From: an uncultured virus (IMG/VR IMGVR_UViG_3300020595_000014)
Taxonomy: Duplodnaviria; Heunggongvirae; Uroviricota; Caudoviricetes
Strand: one strand, 5' to 3'
IMG/VR virus record: IMGVR_UViG_3300020595_000014
DNA: 64,000 nucleotides
In this document: positions 47,964-57,456 of the stretch, piece by piece
Position numbering within the stretch: the first letter of the stretch is position 1
How the letters are laid out: every line of letters starts with the position of its first letter
Made by a program: the position numbers and the translations under genes
Notes under the pieces: generated by a model
Told to the model about the DNA's origin: nothing
Database searches by the model: none
Seen by the model: the letters and a program-made list of their open reading frames with translations, nothing else

Positions 47964-48828
47964 TGGCAATAACCTAGTACATAGGGTATATTGGGTAGCG
48001 GATAATATGAAGCATAAGGCTGATAATATGCATGTTTATATGTTTCTAAATAGCGTCCGTAGCTATGTAGATCAGTTTAAGCCTGATAAAGTCTTCTGTG
48101 CATGGGATGAAAAGCCTGACGGCTTACCTAATAAGCGAAAAGAATTACTAAAGGAGTATAAGGGTAATAGAGACCAGGAACGCAATCAAGTGGTTCATAC
48201 TAAGAACGATATAATTAAAAAGCTCCTTACCAGTATGGGTGTACCGTCTATCTTTCCGCAGAGATACGAGGCAGATGATGTTATTAAAATAATTGACCAG
48301 TATATGGACAAGGAGGCTCGTAGTCAATTTTATAAAACTAGACAACACTACAAGCACGTTATCGTTACTGTAGACAAAGACCTGTGTCAGCTAATATCTA
48401 ATAAGGTGTCTGTGTATGATCCTATTAAAAAGATCGAGATTACAGAAGATAACTTTAAGGAGGTATTAAAGTACTCACACGCCGATTTCATAAAGGTAAA
48501 AGCTCTTACAGGAGATAAGAGCGATAATATACCCGGCATTAAGGGCATGGGTAAGGTTAAGGTAGGTAACTACCTTGCTGGCAGATATAAACTAACTGAT
48601 AAAGAGCAAGAACTCTACGAGAAAAACGTACAATTAGTAACACTTACATCGGATAAGGATGAGGTGGCGTACGTAAGGTCTCAGCTAGCACGTCAGAATT
48701 ATAATACTAATTGGGAGACTTTTTTATCTACTTGCAAGGAGTTAAAGTTTGAGCAAATAATCAAACATGAAGCAAAGTGGTATAGTGCCTTCTTTCAAAA
48801 GAATAGATTAGAGGAGATTTTGTCCTAA
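47944..48828 (+). CDS. rnh: T4 RNase H-like 5'-3' exonuclease
   Basis: IDGNN, YKGNR, EADD, DKDLCQL, GDKSDNIPG. Confidence 0.9.
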   Translation: MKILTIDGNNLVHRVYWVADNMKHKADNMHVYMFLNSVRSYVDQFKPDKVFCAWDEKPDGLPNKRKELLKEYKGNRDQERNQVVHTKNDIIKKLLTSMGVPSIFPQRYEADDVIKIIDQYMDKEARSQFYKTRQHYKHVIVTVDKDLCQLISNKVSVYDPIKKIEITEDNFKEVLKYSHADFIKVKALTGDKSDNIPGIKGMGKVKVGNYLAGRYKLTDKEQELYEKNVQLVTLTSDKDEVAYVRSQLARQNYNTNWETFLSTCKELKFEQIIKHEAKWYSAFFQKNRLEEILS

Positions 48829-48836
48829 ATAAATAT

Positions 48837-49097
48837 ATGAATGATTATAATCCAAACGACTTCGTTAACCCGATGCAAGTAAGAAGCCCATACTCCGGAG
48901 AAACAGCGCGCCCGGTTATTAGTCAATATGACCAGGGTGGTAATACCTATGAACAGGCAATTTTTACAGACCCAGTAACTGGGCATATAATTAAAAAGGG
49001 CATAACCTCTATTAAGTCTAAAGAGACTGGAGAGACTCTTGTTGATTGGCAAACAGTACATGCAGTTGCATCAAATACAACTCAGAGTAGATCTTAG
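48837..49097 (+). CDS. Hypothetical protein
   Basis: 86-aa ORF; TAAATA 5 nt upstream. Confidence 0.6.
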   Translation: MNDYNPNDFVNPMQVRSPYSGETARPVISQYDQGGNTYEQAIFTDPVTGHIIKKGITSIKSKETGETLVDWQTVHAVASNTTQSRS

Positions 49098-49122
49098 TAA
49101 ACTATATACTATAATCAGGTAG

Positions 49123-50160
49123 ATGATACCCATACCTGAACAGTATATAATTCAATTTCTTTACGAGAATATATATAAGATCTCGTATAATAAATTTAAT
49201 AAGACATATAATGGATGCTGCCCTATTTGTCGTGAAGGTGATTCATGGGGTAGAAAGAAACGATTCTATTATATTGTCGATAAAGAAGTCGCTTACTGCC
49301 ATAACTGTGGCTATAGTAAGAAGCCTATCGCTTTTATCTCAGAGATAGCTAACAAACCTTTACAGGTTATTATCTCTGAGATAAAAGACTTCGATACCGA
49401 GATATCTCTCGAAGCTCCGAAGCAGGAGAAGCCTGAACAGGTAATTAAGACTGAGAGTCTACCTAAAGACTGCATTAATTTAACTGATGAGAGTCAGGTC
49501 GAGTACTATAAAGATAACCCGTTTGTTAGAATGGCTCTACATTGTATCAAGACACGTAAACTAGATAAAGGCGTCAATAGCCCTAAGACATTTTATATAT
49601 CTCTTACTGATCCTGTTCATAAAAATAGATTGGTGTTACCGTTCTATGATAGTAATAATAATATAGTCTTCTATCAGACGAGAGGATTAGATAACAAAGA
49701 CTTGCGAGACAGGCCAAAGTATCTATCTAAGGTAGGTGCTGAGAAGACGTTGTATGGTATACAGAACGTTAGTGCTGATCTCGATGCTGTGTTTATATTT
49801 GAGGGGCCTATTGACAGTTACTTCGTACAGAATGGTCTAGCTACATGCGGTATTACGGAGAGAGGTTCAAAAGTATTTACTGCCCTACAACAGCAACAAA
49901 TTAATAGTTTGTATCTACACGATAAGGTATTCGTACTAGATAATCAATACATAGATACTGCAGCGCTTAATAAGAGTATCATACTCGCTGATAATAACGA
50001 AAGAGTCTTTATATGGCCAAAGGAGTTGAGAAAGTTTAAAGACTTTAATGATATATGCGTGGCAGGTAATAGAGACAAAATAAAACCTGAATTCATATTA
50101 AAAAATACTCATTCAGGTCTTAAAGCTAAATTACTATTAACTGCAATTAAGAATAGTTAG
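49123..50160 (+). CDS. gp61-like DNA primase
   Basis: CPIC...CHNCG zinc finger, RLVLPF, PKY, FEGPID, LDN, KDFND. Confidence 0.9.
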   Translation: MIPIPEQYIIQFLYENIYKISYNKFNKTYNGCCPICREGDSWGRKKRFYYIVDKEVAYCHNCGYSKKPIAFISEIANKPLQVIISEIKDFDTEISLEAPKQEKPEQVIKTESLPKDCINLTDESQVEYYKDNPFVRMALHCIKTRKLDKGVNSPKTFYISLTDPVHKNRLVLPFYDSNNNIVFYQTRGLDNKDLRDRPKYLSKVGAEKTLYGIQNVSADLDAVFIFEGPIDSYFVQNGLATCGITERGSKVFTALQQQQINSLYLHDKVFVLDNQYIDTAALNKSIILADNNERVFIWPKELRKFKDFNDICVAGNRDKIKPEFILKNTHSGLKAKLLLTAIKNS

Positions 50161-50468
50161 TTATGATAATCTGTTCTATCTCGGTAACCGACCTGGTCAC
50201 TGACAACCTCCATTAATAGTTCAAATTGATCTTTACGTAGAGTCGATAAGAATTCTAACTCATCATCTCCAATAGCGTCGACGAACTTCTCAGCCTTTTC
50301 GATAAACTCGTCGAATTCCCCTACTGACTCATCTTCTTCTGGTTCAATTTCTCCAAATTGATCATCTTCAGGAGCATCTTCAGGTGCATATTGATCATTG
50401 TCTTCGGTTAGAGCTTTATTTTTGATATAGCTCTCAAATATTAAATTGATATCTGTTTTGTTTTTCAT
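50157..50468 (-). CDS. Acidic small protein, TDINLIFESY family
   Basis: N-terminus nearly identical to that of 50497-50805. Confidence 0.7.
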   Translation of the reverse strand: MKNKTDINLIFESYIKNKALTEDNDQYAPEDAPEDDQFGEIEPEEDESVGEFDEFIEKAEKFVDAIGDDELEFLSTLRKDQFELLMEVVSDQVGYRDRTDYHN

Positions 50469-50808
50469 ATTATTATTAAATATTATCTAGTAGCTACTAG
50501 AGTCTATGATACTTACCTTCAGCGTTTGGTGCATTAAGCGGCATTTCCATTATACCAACCCAAAACCCAGGTACTAATTCAACCTCCGCTGCATGCTTCT
50601 TAGCTGTTTCAAAATCAGTAAAAACACCATGTGTGTCAGTATCTTCGTGTTCTGCATTTGATTGGACGATATACACAACATCACCCTCACCATCTCTAGT
50701 TGGATCTTCCATTGGATCAGGTGCATATTGATCATTGTCTTCGGTTAGAGCTTTATTTTTGATATAGCTCTCAAATATTAAATTGATATCTGTGTTGTTT
50801 TTCATATT
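50380..50808. repeat. ~92-bp direct repeat (50380-50471 and 50717-50808), one mismatch
   Basis: Visible nucleotide identity covering the first ~29 codons of two adjacent genes. Confidence 0.9.
50497..50805 (-). CDS. Acidic small protein, TDINLIFESY family
   Basis: MKNNTDINLIFESYIKNKALTEDNDQYAP. Confidence 0.7.
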   Translation of the reverse strand: MKNNTDINLIFESYIKNKALTEDNDQYAPDPMEDPTRDGEGDVVYIVQSNAEHEDTDTHGVFTDFETAKKHAAEVELVPGFWVGIMEMPLNAPNAEGKYHRL

Positions 50809-50809
50809 T

Positions 50810-51484
50810 TTAAATGTTAGTAAATGGAGATAATCTATCAAGATGTATGCCTAGATCAACTGCATCTATCTTCTGATCTGGTGCTTCAAGAGCATTAATG
50901 TCAGTCATAATGGCTTCGATCTCATTAAGAAGTGAGCTCAAGTATTCTACTGTTTCGGGATGATACTCCATAAACGCTTGTAGTTTCTCATAGACATTAC
51001 TTTCATATTCCTCCGCGTCTTCTGTTGATACAGGACCGACGTCAGAAATGTACTCGACGCCGATCTCTTCACCACCGTCAATTGTAAACATATTAGAGCG
51101 TGCTAGATCAAAGCCATCGAAATCAAGCACTCCTTGTAATTCACTACCATCGGTAAGAGTAACATAAACTTTTTGGCCTTTTTGAAGAGAAAGAAAATCG
51201 TCACCTTCGGCATCTTCAAACGGGCCTTCAAAAAGATCGTTTTGCTCTCCAAATCTCTCATATGTTGCAACAGCATCCTCACCATACTTACTGATCAGCT
51301 CTGCCTTACTGACACCGTTACTAGCTTCAGCATCGAGTACATCGAACAGAAATGAGTCTGACTCATCCTGTGACTCTGGTAACCTGTCATACACCTTATT
51401 AAACATGGCATCAAAATCAGGCGCAATTTGCTTAGTCTTAGAGTAGCTCTCAAAAATTAAATCAATATCGGTCTTGTTATGCAT
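50810..51484 (-). CDS. Acidic modular protein, TDIDLIFESY family
   Basis: MHNKTDIDLIFESY; two EDAE linkers. Confidence 0.7.
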   Translation of the reverse strand: MHNKTDIDLIFESYSKTKQIAPDFDAMFNKVYDRLPESQDESDSFLFDVLDAEASNGVSKAELISKYGEDAVATYERFGEQNDLFEGPFEDAEGDDFLSLQKGQKVYVTLTDGSELQGVLDFDGFDLARSNMFTIDGGEEIGVEYISDVGPVSTEDAEEYESNVYEKLQAFMEYHPETVEYLSSLLNEIEAIMTDINALEAPDQKIDAVDLGIHLDRLSPFTNI

Positions 51485-51491
51485 CGGCTTA

Positions 51492-51908
51492 TTAGTTAAA
51501 TCTATACTTAGGATCATTTGCACCAGCAAGATAACCCTTGAGAATTTCACTTAAGGACATTACCTCCATAGCAACTCTAGCAATCTTCTTTGTTTCAGAA
51601 TTACTGATACTATCGAAAATAGTATCTGGTTCTGCCGAGTTAAGAGTAGTTTGTATACTGTCGTCTGTGCCATTTAAGTAAGATGCAAATTCATCCATCT
51701 TAGAGATCCAGCTATTCAACTCATCATACATCTGCTTTTGCTGGTTATTCAAGGGAGAACCTGAAGCATTATCTGGTAGATCTGCGCCTAGCTCGTCAGA
51801 TGTGATGTCACTAAGCTCAGCGTCTAAAGCCTCTGCGTCTGTTAACGCTGGATCTTCATCCTGCTCCCGGAGAACCTTAGTAAATCGGTTATAGTATTTA
51901 TTTGCCAT
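51492..51908 (-). CDS. Acidic hypothetical late protein
   Basis: Start MANKYYNRFTKVLRE, 5 nt after TAAATA. Confidence 0.65.
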   Translation of the reverse strand: MANKYYNRFTKVLREQDEDPALTDAEALDAELSDITSDELGADLPDNASGSPLNNQQKQMYDELNSWISKMDEFASYLNGTDDSIQTTLNSAEPDTIFDSISNSETKKIARVAMEVMSLSEILKGYLAGANDPKYRFN

Positions 51909-51942
51909 ATTTATATTTATAGTCCAAAGCTTAAATATATAC

Positions 51943-52311
51943 ATGAAGCGTAGATTATTTGAAGACCAACAAAAACCAGATACTGACCGCCAAGTATCTG
52001 GCATAGGACCGGGTGCAAAAAATCCAGGTACCCCTGGTGGTATGACGACAGCAGACTATCTACAGCAGCGGAATGAAATACCGCCGACCATGAACGGAGT
52101 ACCTTACCCGTTAGAGGCTATAGAAACTTCCATGGCAGATGTATTTGTCGACCTATCTAACCTATCTAAAATGCTCGATATAGCTAAGCTCAACCCTGTA
52201 CTCTCTAAGAAAGTAAAGCACATTGATAGTCTAAACGAGTTACTCCAGAATATAGCAAAAAAGCTAGTGGATTTTGACGGTAAGTTAGCTATAATAAAGG
52301 GAGATGAGTAA
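51943..52311 (+). CDS. Hypothetical late protein
   Basis: TAAATA 5 nt upstream; MKRRLFED. Confidence 0.65.
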   Translation: MKRRLFEDQQKPDTDRQVSGIGPGAKNPGTPGGMTTADYLQQRNEIPPTMNGVPYPLEAIETSMADVFVDLSNLSKMLDIAKLNPVLSKKVKHIDSLNELLQNIAKKLVDFDGKLAIIKGDE

Positions 52312-52687
52312 CCTATATAAATTATTTAGATCGTTAACTGTAACAGCATTAGTTAGCTTTATATTCGCTTCGATTTTTGCTGAGTACTTCTGGTCCGTGT
52401 TCGGTCTCACGACATTGGGACAGATTATTATATCATCATTTTTTTCACAAATATACAGTAATAGAGTTATCAGAGAGTTTGAAGATGTTAAAACTAATCA
52501 GATAAAGGAAGCTAATAGGAATGTTATTACTATAGCATGTCCTTGTGATGAGAGAACTGAACTAACCGTAGATTATAGATTTGATGAGGTAAATGTTGTT
52601 GAGTGTAGTAAGTGCAAGAAAAATATTAAATGCACTGCTGGTATAGGTACCGCCGTAACAACTGACCCGATATACTTTGAAAGATAA
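52304..52687 (+). CDS. Membrane protein with C-terminal zinc-ribbon-like motif
   Basis: Two N-terminal hydrophobic segments; CPC...CSKC. Confidence 0.6.
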   Translation: MSNLYKLFRSLTVTALVSFIFASIFAEYFWSVFGLTTLGQIIISSFFSQIYSNRVIREFEDVKTNQIKEANRNVITIACPCDERTELTVDYRFDEVNVVECSKCKKNIKCTAGIGTAVTTDPIYFER

Positions 52688-53073
52688 TGAATAAGCTTGA
52701 AGAAATAACTACAGAAATTAGCCCAACAGCGTTCGAGCAGCTTAAATCAGAAAAAGCTCTAGACCGTGACGATATAATCGCTGGTATAGTATCAAGCATT
52801 AGCCGAGAATTAGGTGATGAAGTGCTACGTGGATGTGCTAAGCAAGGTAACGTTAAAAGCGACTCACTCGCGCTTATAAGGTCATTCCTACTTGAAGAGA
52901 TTGATAATCTGAACTTAGCAAAAGATAGTGAAAATACAACGAGAATATCTAATGACAAGTTTAAGGATGGCCTCCGGAAGCAGCTTAATACTATTGTTTC
53001 CATATTAGAACTGTCAATTGAGAGAAAAGACATAAAGCACTTTATGGTAGGTGCTCTCCTTAAATCACTTTAA
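52687..53073 (+). CDS. Hypothetical protein
   Basis: 128-aa ORF coupled via TAATG. Confidence 0.6.
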   Translation: MNKLEEITTEISPTAFEQLKSEKALDRDDIIAGIVSSISRELGDEVLRGCAKQGNVKSDSLALIRSFLLEEIDNLNLAKDSENTTRISNDKFKDGLRKQLNTIVSILELSIERKDIKHFMVGALLKSL

Positions 53074-53098
53074 AAGAGGAACATCGATATAATTACGT

Positions 53099-53368
53099 AT
53101 GAAGAAAAACAAAGTAATTAAAGGCAGAGGTAACGAAGTTCTAGCGGAAAACGATATAGATTATTTAGCTAGATTTGCATGCCTAATGGTTGGCGTGAAT
53201 GTGGCGGCAGAAGCTGCAGAGAGGTTAGGTATGGATCCAGATAAGAATAATAAATGGATTAAGCCTATGGTCTTCCAGAAGTATATCGATGAGAGATATG
53301 AGGATATGAAGTTTAATATTAAAAGAGGAGTATTAGAAGGTAGAGAAGATGCAACATATTCCTGGTAG
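53099..53368 (+). CDS. Hypothetical protein
   Basis: 89-aa ORF; TATAAT just upstream. Confidence 0.6.
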   Translation: MKKNKVIKGRGNEVLAENDIDYLARFACLMVGVNVAAEAAERLGMDPDKNNKWIKPMVFQKYIDERYEDMKFNIKRGVLEGREDATYSW

Positions 53369-53564
53369 TACATTTCTCAATAATACAACTAGATACGGTA
53401 AGTTCTTTAAGAGAGGCACCCGTTACAAGTTGCTTAATATTAAACCTAGCAGAGGCGAAGACAAGAGCTTTATATATGTATTCGATGCTGGCGATGGTCG
53501 AAAGGAAATTACTTTTGCCTCAACGAAAGAGGCTGATGCGTTTTTATCGAACTTCGTTATCTAG
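53349..53564 (+). CDS. Hypothetical protein
   Basis: 71-aa ORF overlapping upstream gene. Confidence 0.5.
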   Translation: MQHIPGSTFLNNTTRYGKFFKRGTRYKLLNIKPSRGEDKSFIYVFDAGDGRKEITFASTKEADAFLSNFVI

Positions 53565-54442
53565 TAATATTCACCATACACGTCTGTATCGTTTTCTGAC
53601 ATATCGAATACTTGCTCCTTACTAAATGAATCAACATCGTATTCATCGTAATTAACTTGCTTAGGCAGCGACTCTGGATTCTCACCACCTGATAGTCTAC
53701 CAGCAAAAGAATCTTCGTAGATCTGATCATTACCGGAGAAGCCGACGCTTAGGGTATCATCACCCGGATGGTCCCCGACGAATAAAGGATCGCCCCCAAC
53801 CTGCTCCCCTTGTTGCGTTATTAAGAACTCCGGCCCTATAGATGTAAAAGGTATACCAGGCTCGAAGCTGTAATCGTAACGTTTAGCTTTTACTAAGAAC
53901 ACGTAATGACCGGCCAGTGGATTTATTTGAGTGATATCCTCATCTAGCTTTTCTGTTATTTCAAAATACTTAGGCTGTCTACTGGATGGCCTATCTTCAC
54001 CAAATTCAGAGAGTTGGAAGATGTCACCAGCTTTCGGCTCAATTATGTCATTCTGAGTACCCCATAACCCTTCGGCCGTTAAAGAGCTGAATGCAGCTTC
54101 GAAGGACTCAATATGTATAAAGCCTGTAACCTCATCATCACTAAGAAAGCCGAACTGACTTAAAGTTATAGCGTTATCGTTTAAGTTTATACCCATTACA
54201 AACTTAACAGGTGGCGCAAATCTCTTCGTAGGTTGCTCACCGTATAGATTATCAGCTGATAATGTATTGAAAGTATTTACATAGTAGGTAGTCTTGACAC
54301 CAAACTGATTAATCAGCTCTCGCCACCAGTTATCAAATAGAATACGTTCACTTTCTTGGTTCGACTTATCAGTAAATCTCCAACATGTTTGATCATTCTG
54401 AACCAATCCAGGGAATGGGTTATTGTTATAATCGACGCTCAT
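53561..54442 (-). CDS. gp14-like neck / head-closure protein
   Basis: ELINQFG, YGE, LSQFG..SDDE, EPKAGD, FEIT, YDYS.E. Confidence 0.7.
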   Translation of the reverse strand: MSVDYNNNPFPGLVQNDQTCWRFTDKSNQESERILFDNWWRELINQFGVKTTYYVNTFNTLSADNLYGEQPTKRFAPPVKFVMGINLNDNAITLSQFGFLSDDEVTGFIHIESFEAAFSSLTAEGLWGTQNDIIEPKAGDIFQLSEFGEDRPSSRQPKYFEITEKLDEDITQINPLAGHYVFLVKAKRYDYSFEPGIPFTSIGPEFLITQQGEQVGGDPLFVGDHPGDDTLSVGFSGNDQIYEDSFAGRLSGGENPESLPKQVNYDEYDVDSFSKEQVFDMSENDTDVYGEYY

Positions 54443-54760
54443 TTACTTTTTTAATACGAATGTGTTGTTTTGCGGATTGTAAGAGATAATAATACCAGTC
54501 TTACCCAGCTTTTGTTCCTTGTCCTTATGCGGCACGATACCGTATGTATCTCTAATATATTCTAAATCTTTATTATTACATACGCATGTACCAGGATGTT
54601 CTTTTAATCTCTCGATATTTTGATTCTTTGCAAGGTCCTTCTTGTATGCATCAGGTACTAGGTTGAGTTTCTTTCTTCTATACGAGTGATGCGTATCTGT
54701 GAATCCATGACCTCTATGTCTTGGTCCACGATTGGAGAAGAAGGTAGCAAAGCTGTTCAT
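54443..54760 (-). CDS. Basic hypothetical late protein
   Basis: TATAAATA 5 nt upstream; MNSFATFF. Confidence 0.6.
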   Translation of the reverse strand: MNSFATFFSNRGPRHRGHGFTDTHHSYRRKKLNLVPDAYKKDLAKNQNIERLKEHPGTCVCNNKDLEYIRDTYGIVPHKDKEQKLGKTGIIISYNPQNNTFVLKK

Positions 54761-54774
54761 ATTTATATTTATAC

Positions 54775-54809
54775 AAAAAAAAGCTGTAACCTAAGTTACA
54801 GCCTTTTTT
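54775..54809 (-). terminator. Intrinsic terminator, possibly bidirectional
   Basis: A8-GCTGTAAC-ctaa-GTTACAGC-c-T6, downstream of 54834-55745. Confidence 0.8.
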
Positions 54810-54833
54810 AGTCTAAGTTTTTTTTATTTGATA

Positions 54834-55745
54834 TTAAGCGAATAGTGACTCACCAGGCTTATTAGCCTTAGTTGCGTGTACCTTATTTGATCCAGCAGCA
54901 ATCTTAGTAGCGTCACCCTTCTTCTGATTTACAAGTGGCTCGCCAAGATCTTCATCTGCAACACCTTGTTGCTTCTTAACTTTAGCATCTGCTTTACCAC
55001 CAGCTGTTTTACCAGTTACTGTAGATTTAACTCTATTTGATCCAGCACTAATCTTAGTTGGTTGACCACCCTTAAGATTTACAAGAGGGTGACCATGGTC
55101 TTCAGCATCAACAGCTTCGTCCATTGTGTCATCTTCATCTTCGTCGCACTCTTCCATTTCCTCATAATCCTCTGCATCTGCATCTGCATCTTCGGATTCA
55201 TCACCCATAGCAGCTTGGAGTAATTCGCAAAGGCCTTCAGCCATATCACGGTCGATTGTAATGGTAATGTCACCAGTATCTTCACCTTCAGCGGTATCTT
55301 CTACCTCATCCACTTCAATACCAAGAGCATCTAGCTCAGTATCATCGCCCATTACTTCTTCAAATAGTTTATCAAATGTTGACTTCATATTATTATTTAT
55401 ATCTACCTTGTACCTTTTTGCAAGCTTTTCGTCAAATTGTTCAGCAGAAAACTTACCCGGTGTATATAGGTTACCCTTCTTATCCTTCTTTTTCATCTTC
55501 TTCGGATCTATGGCTGGCTCGAAACCGTCGATCTCCGCGATGTCTGATGTCATCTTGTTTTGAATATCATGAGCTTGCTTACTATCGGCATCAACTGGAC
55601 CAGGGCCTGCCTTAGTGCCGAAATTCTTAAGACCACCTTGCATGCATCCGGTGGCGGCAGCCTTTTTACGACTATCTTTTGACTCTTTAATTAGGGAGTC
55701 TTTATAGACATCCCAAATTTCAGTTAGATTTTTATGTTTTGACAT
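54834..55745 (-). CDS. Putative prohead core/internal protein
   Basis: LIKES and FDKLFEE motifs, acidic core, duplicated PLVN.K....TKI.AGSN.V repeat. Confidence 0.5.
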   Translation of the reverse strand: MSKHKNLTEIWDVYKDSLIKESKDSRKKAAATGCMQGGLKNFGTKAGPGPVDADSKQAHDIQNKMTSDIAEIDGFEPAIDPKKMKKKDKKGNLYTPGKFSAEQFDEKLAKRYKVDINNNMKSTFDKLFEEVMGDDTELDALGIEVDEVEDTAEGEDTGDITITIDRDMAEGLCELLQAAMGDESEDADADAEDYEEMEECDEDEDDTMDEAVDAEDHGHPLVNLKGGQPTKISAGSNRVKSTVTGKTAGGKADAKVKKQQGVADEDLGEPLVNQKKGDATKIAAGSNKVHATKANKPGESLFA

Positions 55746-55746
55746 G

Positions 55747-55756
55747 TAAATATTTA
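55747..55756. promoter_or_regulatory. Palindromic bidirectional late promoter TAAATATTTA
   Basis: Lies in the 15-bp gap between divergent start codons 55745 and 55761. Confidence 0.75.
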
Positions 55757-55760
55757 ATAG

Positions 55761-57455
55761 ATGGTTGACAAAAATAAACAGATATATATGAATAACCCTA
55801 ATCTACCCAGTAAAGGGTCGGTTTTTGAATATTCACCAGTGCAGATTAAACAGCTTAAGAAGGCATCTAAGAACCTTCTATACTTTGCTGAGACTTTCTT
55901 TCACATCATCTCACTCGATGACGGTAAGCAGAAAATTAAACTACACCCTGCTCAGAAACGAGCTCTGCGTAAGATGAGAGATAATAGGTTCTTTATATTA
56001 CTAGCGTCGCGTCAGATAGGTAAGACTACAATGATGACGATTTATGCGTTATGGATAGCATGCTTTAATAGAGACCAGAAGATACTTGTTGTAGCAAACA
56101 AGGAGGGGACTGCTATTGAGATTATGCAGCGTATAAGAATGGCTTACGAGGAGCTCCCTAACTGGCTTAAACCTGGTGTTGAAGAGTACGGTAAGACTGC
56201 TGTGACATTTGCTAACGGTACTCGAATCGGTATATCTACTACGACAGGTACAGCTGCTCGTGGACAATCCGTAAACTGTCTTGTACTAGACGAGCTTGCC
56301 TTTATTGAACCTCACCTCGTCGACGAGTTCTGGAAATCAGTATATCCTATTATTTCATCATCTAAGAAGTCTAAGATCTTCGTTGCATCGACAGCTAATG
56401 GTACTGGTAACTTATTTCATAGATTATACGAGGCAGCAGATAAAGGCGAATCTAACTGGGCATGTGATAAGATTTTATGGAATGAAATTCCTGGTCGAGA
56501 TGAAAAATGGAAAGATGATACAATCGCATCTATCGGCTCAATGGAAGCCTTTAACCAGGAGTTTAACTGCGAGTTCTTAGACTTAGGCGAGAGTTCATTG
56601 AATGAAGAGCAATATGCCCGTATGGTGGCAGGATGTGAAGATCCAAAATTTATATTTGAAGAGGGTAAATACCGGCTTTGGGAAGAGCCGATTAAGGATG
56701 GTATATATATAGCGAGTGTAGATACAGCTGAAGGGGTAGGTTCAGATAGTTCAGTTATACAGATCTTCGAATACTCTGATCTAACTAAGATCCGCCAAGT
56801 AGCTATATACTCCTCTAATACTATATCACCAGTTAACTTTACAGAGAAGGTTCACGAGATACTAAAACACTGGGGAAGTCCTCTGGCATGTATTGAAAGA
56901 AATAATTGCGGAGCTCAAGTCGTCGATAACTTAAAGAAGATCCATCAGTATGATAATATTGTATCATGGGGCGCATCTACAGCTGGTAGGGCGAAGAATC
57001 AATTAGGTATTGTTGCTCATACTAACACAAAGCAGAAGGGAGTTACAAATATGAGATACTGGCTCAACGATCTCGAAGCAGTTAACTTAAAAGATATACA
57101 TACTGTAAAGGAGTTAAAGGACTTTGTAAGGTATCCAAACGGTACATGGGCAGCTAAAAAAGGTGCCGGGTATCATGATGATAAGGTAATGGCCATGTTA
57201 TGGAACCTAATTATGTTAGATGATGAATTAGTAACTAGATATTTTGAGGTACTACAGACTGATAAAAATAACAAGCCTCTAAAGATTAAGCAATTCGACT
57301 TCGGGATTAAATATTTTATGAACCCAACCTCTATATATAGTGGTGAAGGTAGAGAGGATGGTTATAGTGATACAACGCCTATTATAATAGGCAATGCTCA
57401 AAATACTGACTCTGACCTGGATCAACTAATGGGGATGGGATGGACACCTTTATAA
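55761..57455 (+). CDS. Terminase large subunit (gp17-like)
   Basis: YMNNPNL, SRQIGKT, RGQSVN..VLDELAF, STANG, FNQEFNCEF, VDTAEG, HDDKVMA. Confidence 0.95.
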   Translation: MVDKNKQIYMNNPNLPSKGSVFEYSPVQIKQLKKASKNLLYFAETFFHIISLDDGKQKIKLHPAQKRALRKMRDNRFFILLASRQIGKTTMMTIYALWIACFNRDQKILVVANKEGTAIEIMQRIRMAYEELPNWLKPGVEEYGKTAVTFANGTRIGISTTTGTAARGQSVNCLVLDELAFIEPHLVDEFWKSVYPIISSSKKSKIFVASTANGTGNLFHRLYEAADKGESNWACDKILWNEIPGRDEKWKDDTIASIGSMEAFNQEFNCEFLDLGESSLNEEQYARMVAGCEDPKFIFEEGKYRLWEEPIKDGIYIASVDTAEGVGSDSSVIQIFEYSDLTKIRQVAIYSSNTISPVNFTEKVHEILKHWGSPLACIERNNCGAQVVDNLKKIHQYDNIVSWGASTAGRAKNQLGIVAHTNTKQKGVTNMRYWLNDLEAVNLKDIHTVKELKDFVRYPNGTWAAKKGAGYHDDKVMAMLWNLIMLDDELVTRYFEVLQTDKNNKPLKIKQFDFGIKYFMNPTSIYSGEGREDGYSDTTPIIIGNAQNTDSDLDQLMGMGWTPL

Positions 57456-57456
57456 T

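Noticed and set aside
50380..50808. Direct repeat as a CRISPR array or mobile-element end
   Set aside because: Only two copies, ~92 bp long, in frame with gene starts; no spacer pattern or transposase
28325..57455. Inteins or introns in polymerase, recombinase, helicase, primase or terminase
   Set aside because: Lengths are ordinary and motifs contiguous; no intein splice signatures seen
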